Of a DNA stretch of 29,958 bases, positions 28,508 to 29,958 are shown piece by piece. The notes beneath the pieces were generated by a model that was not told the origin of the DNA, ran no database searches, and worked only from the letters and a program-made list of their open reading frames with translations. Every line of letters begins with the position of its first letter. Positions within the stretch are counted from its first letter, which is position 1. The position numbers and the translations under genes are program-made. The stretch comes from a virus (Duplodnaviria; Caudoviricetes). Where the stretch lies: positions 1-29,958 of the IMG/VR virus record IMGVR_UViG_3300022923_000071; one strand, written 5' to 3'.

Positions 28508-28520
28508 TAAATACTTTACT

Positions 28521-29957
28521 ATGAACAAATTTGATAATTTTGCAGTTGATTTATTTAACAAAATAAGAGGACGTTTTCCAAACGTATCTATCGGTGATGA
28601 AAATGGAAAAGTCACTAATGTTCCTAAAGAAGCTAGATTCTTTGATTTTGGATATAAAATTGAAAATATAGATTTAGGAAAAGTTAGCGTGGCACTTGAT
28701 GAAGAAAATGGTGTTACAATCATTGTTGGTAAAGATATTGTAGAAGGACAAGTAGAGTCAATACAAGACAACTGGTACAACTTTTTAAAAGAATTACGCA
28801 TCTTTGCCAAAAAACGTATGCTCAAATTTGATGTAAGAGATATTAATAAATCGAATTTAAACAAAAGAGATTATGAATACTTAGCGCAGAATCGCCCCGG
28901 AGAAAACACAATGTCAGAATCTAAAATGTATGGTAACGAAACACGAAGTTATCAAAAAATTGGAAAAGCAAGAATAGCAATTAAGCATTCTGCGCCAATT
29001 AATTTAGAAAATACTAATAGTAGAACTAGTAAAATTGGTTCAATTTATATTGAATCACCAACAGGTGAACGTTTTAAATATCCGTATAAACATTTAGCAG
29101 GCGCAAGAGCTATGGCATTACATGTTAATGAAGGCGGTCATATGTATGATGATTTTGGCAAACACATTTCCGGGTTGTCAGAAGAAATGAGTAAATTGCG
29201 TAAGTTTAGTCAATACATGAACCGTAGCACTGTAATGGCTGAAACATTAGAAGGCTATACTGATATTGTAAAGGGACGTATTAAAGAAGTAAGACAAGAA
29301 ATACAAAACTTACAAAAACTAGGATATTATAAAGAAGCAAGTGAAAATTTTCAACTTGCTGTTATGGAAGAAGTTCCAACTGATGTTTCTGACGCATGGG
29401 TTGACCAACTTACTATCAAGCAGTTTAATGAAGAATTAAAAGATGTGTTTCCATACATTTATAATTTAGTAGGCGAAGGCATGATTGAAAATGTTGACCT
29501 TGACAACTTAGATGAATCAGGATTACAATATTATACTGGTGTTAAAAAACACGGTAAAGAATACATGAAAAAAGCAGCAGCCGCAGGACGTGATGGTGCT
29601 AGTCAAGAAGAGCTAGGCAGACTAAAAGACAAATACAGCAAGGCAGCAAAAAATAAAAAATCAGTTGATGAAGAATTTGAAGCAGCACTTGAATCACTTA
29701 TGGGACAATTTACTGAATCTAAAGCATGTAACTGCGATGAAAATTGCCCATGCGGAGGCAATTGTACACCAGATTGTAATTGCCATGCAGGCTGTGGAAC
29801 AATGAACGAAGCAAAAGCAAGACCAGGATATTGCTCAGACGATTGTTGTGGCGCAGATGTAAAAGCAGAAGATTGCACATGTGCTCCAACATGTAAGCAT
29901 TGTGATTGTAATGCAACCAAAGAATCAAAAGAAAAACCAAAAGGTTCGTTTGAACCC
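28521..29957 (+). CDS. 3'-partial hypothetical protein (at least 479 aa) with two Cys-rich metallothionein-like modules; absent from the ORF track
   Basis: Open from ATG 28521 (MNKFDNFAVDLFNKIRGRFP...) to the window end without a stop. It is preceded by GATAAATA (28506-28513). Confidence 0.88.
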   Translation, partial: MNKFDNFAVDLFNKIRGRFPNVSIGDENGKVTNVPKEARFFDFGYKIENIDLGKVSVALDEENGVTIIVGKDIVEGQVESIQDNWYNFLKELRIFAKKRMLKFDVRDINKSNLNKRDYEYLAQNRPGENTMSESKMYGNETRSYQKIGKARIAIKHSAPINLENTNSRTSKIGSIYIESPTGERFKYPYKHLAGARAMALHVNEGGHMYDDFGKHISGLSEEMSKLRKFSQYMNRSTVMAETLEGYTDIVKGRIKEVRQEIQNLQKLGYYKEASENFQLAVMEEVPTDVSDAWVDQLTIKQFNEELKDVFPYIYNLVGEGMIENVDLDNLDESGLQYYTGVKKHGKEYMKKAAAAGRDGASQEELGRLKDKYSKAAKNKKSVDEEFEAALESLMGQFTESKACNCDENCPCGGNCTPDCNCHAGCGTMNEAKARPGYCSDDCCGADVKAEDCTCAPTCKHCDCNATKESKEKPKGSFEP

Positions 29958-29958
29958 C

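Noticed and set aside
29603-29940. Minus-strand ORFs 29603-29920 and 29719-29940, and similarly 28382-28864
   Set aside because: They are antisense shadows of the plus-strand ORF starting at 28521. Their Gln/His/Ala richness mirrors the Cys codons.
1-29958. Stop-codon reassignment, introns/inteins, tRNA or rRNA genes
   Set aside because: The standard code gives full-length, densely packed genes, TerL is uninterrupted, and the intergenic gaps are short with no cloverleaf visible.

Overview
This is an AT-rich virion-morphogenesis region of a large T4-related (probably jumbo) myophage. From left to right it holds: a 5'-truncated giant tail-fibre/structural protein of at least 3109 aa, with phycobiliprotein-like CxRD repeats and a C-terminal S74 chaperone; a promoter-driven cassette (54-aa fibre-cap-like peptide, hypothetical protein, GT2 glycosyltransferase, and a 1493-aa protein made of about 13 tandem GT-A-like units); a minus-strand gp14-gp15-Nudix operon divergent from gp13; an early-promoter DUF3310 gene; an enlarged tail sheath, tail tube, tube-like protein, gp4 head-completion nuclease and TerS; two probable capsid-internal proteins; TerL; and a 3'-truncated ORF missing from the ORF track that carries two metallothionein-like 8-Cys modules between putative prohead-protease sites. 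T4-type late promoter motifs (TAAATA) precede most late genes, several so close to the ATG that the mRNAs would be leaderless. The best candidates for undescribed biology are the fibre-linked multi-GT cassette, the metallothionein-bearing putative head polyprotein and the phycobiliprotein-like repeats in the virion protein. All family assignments come from motif recognition; no database search was run.
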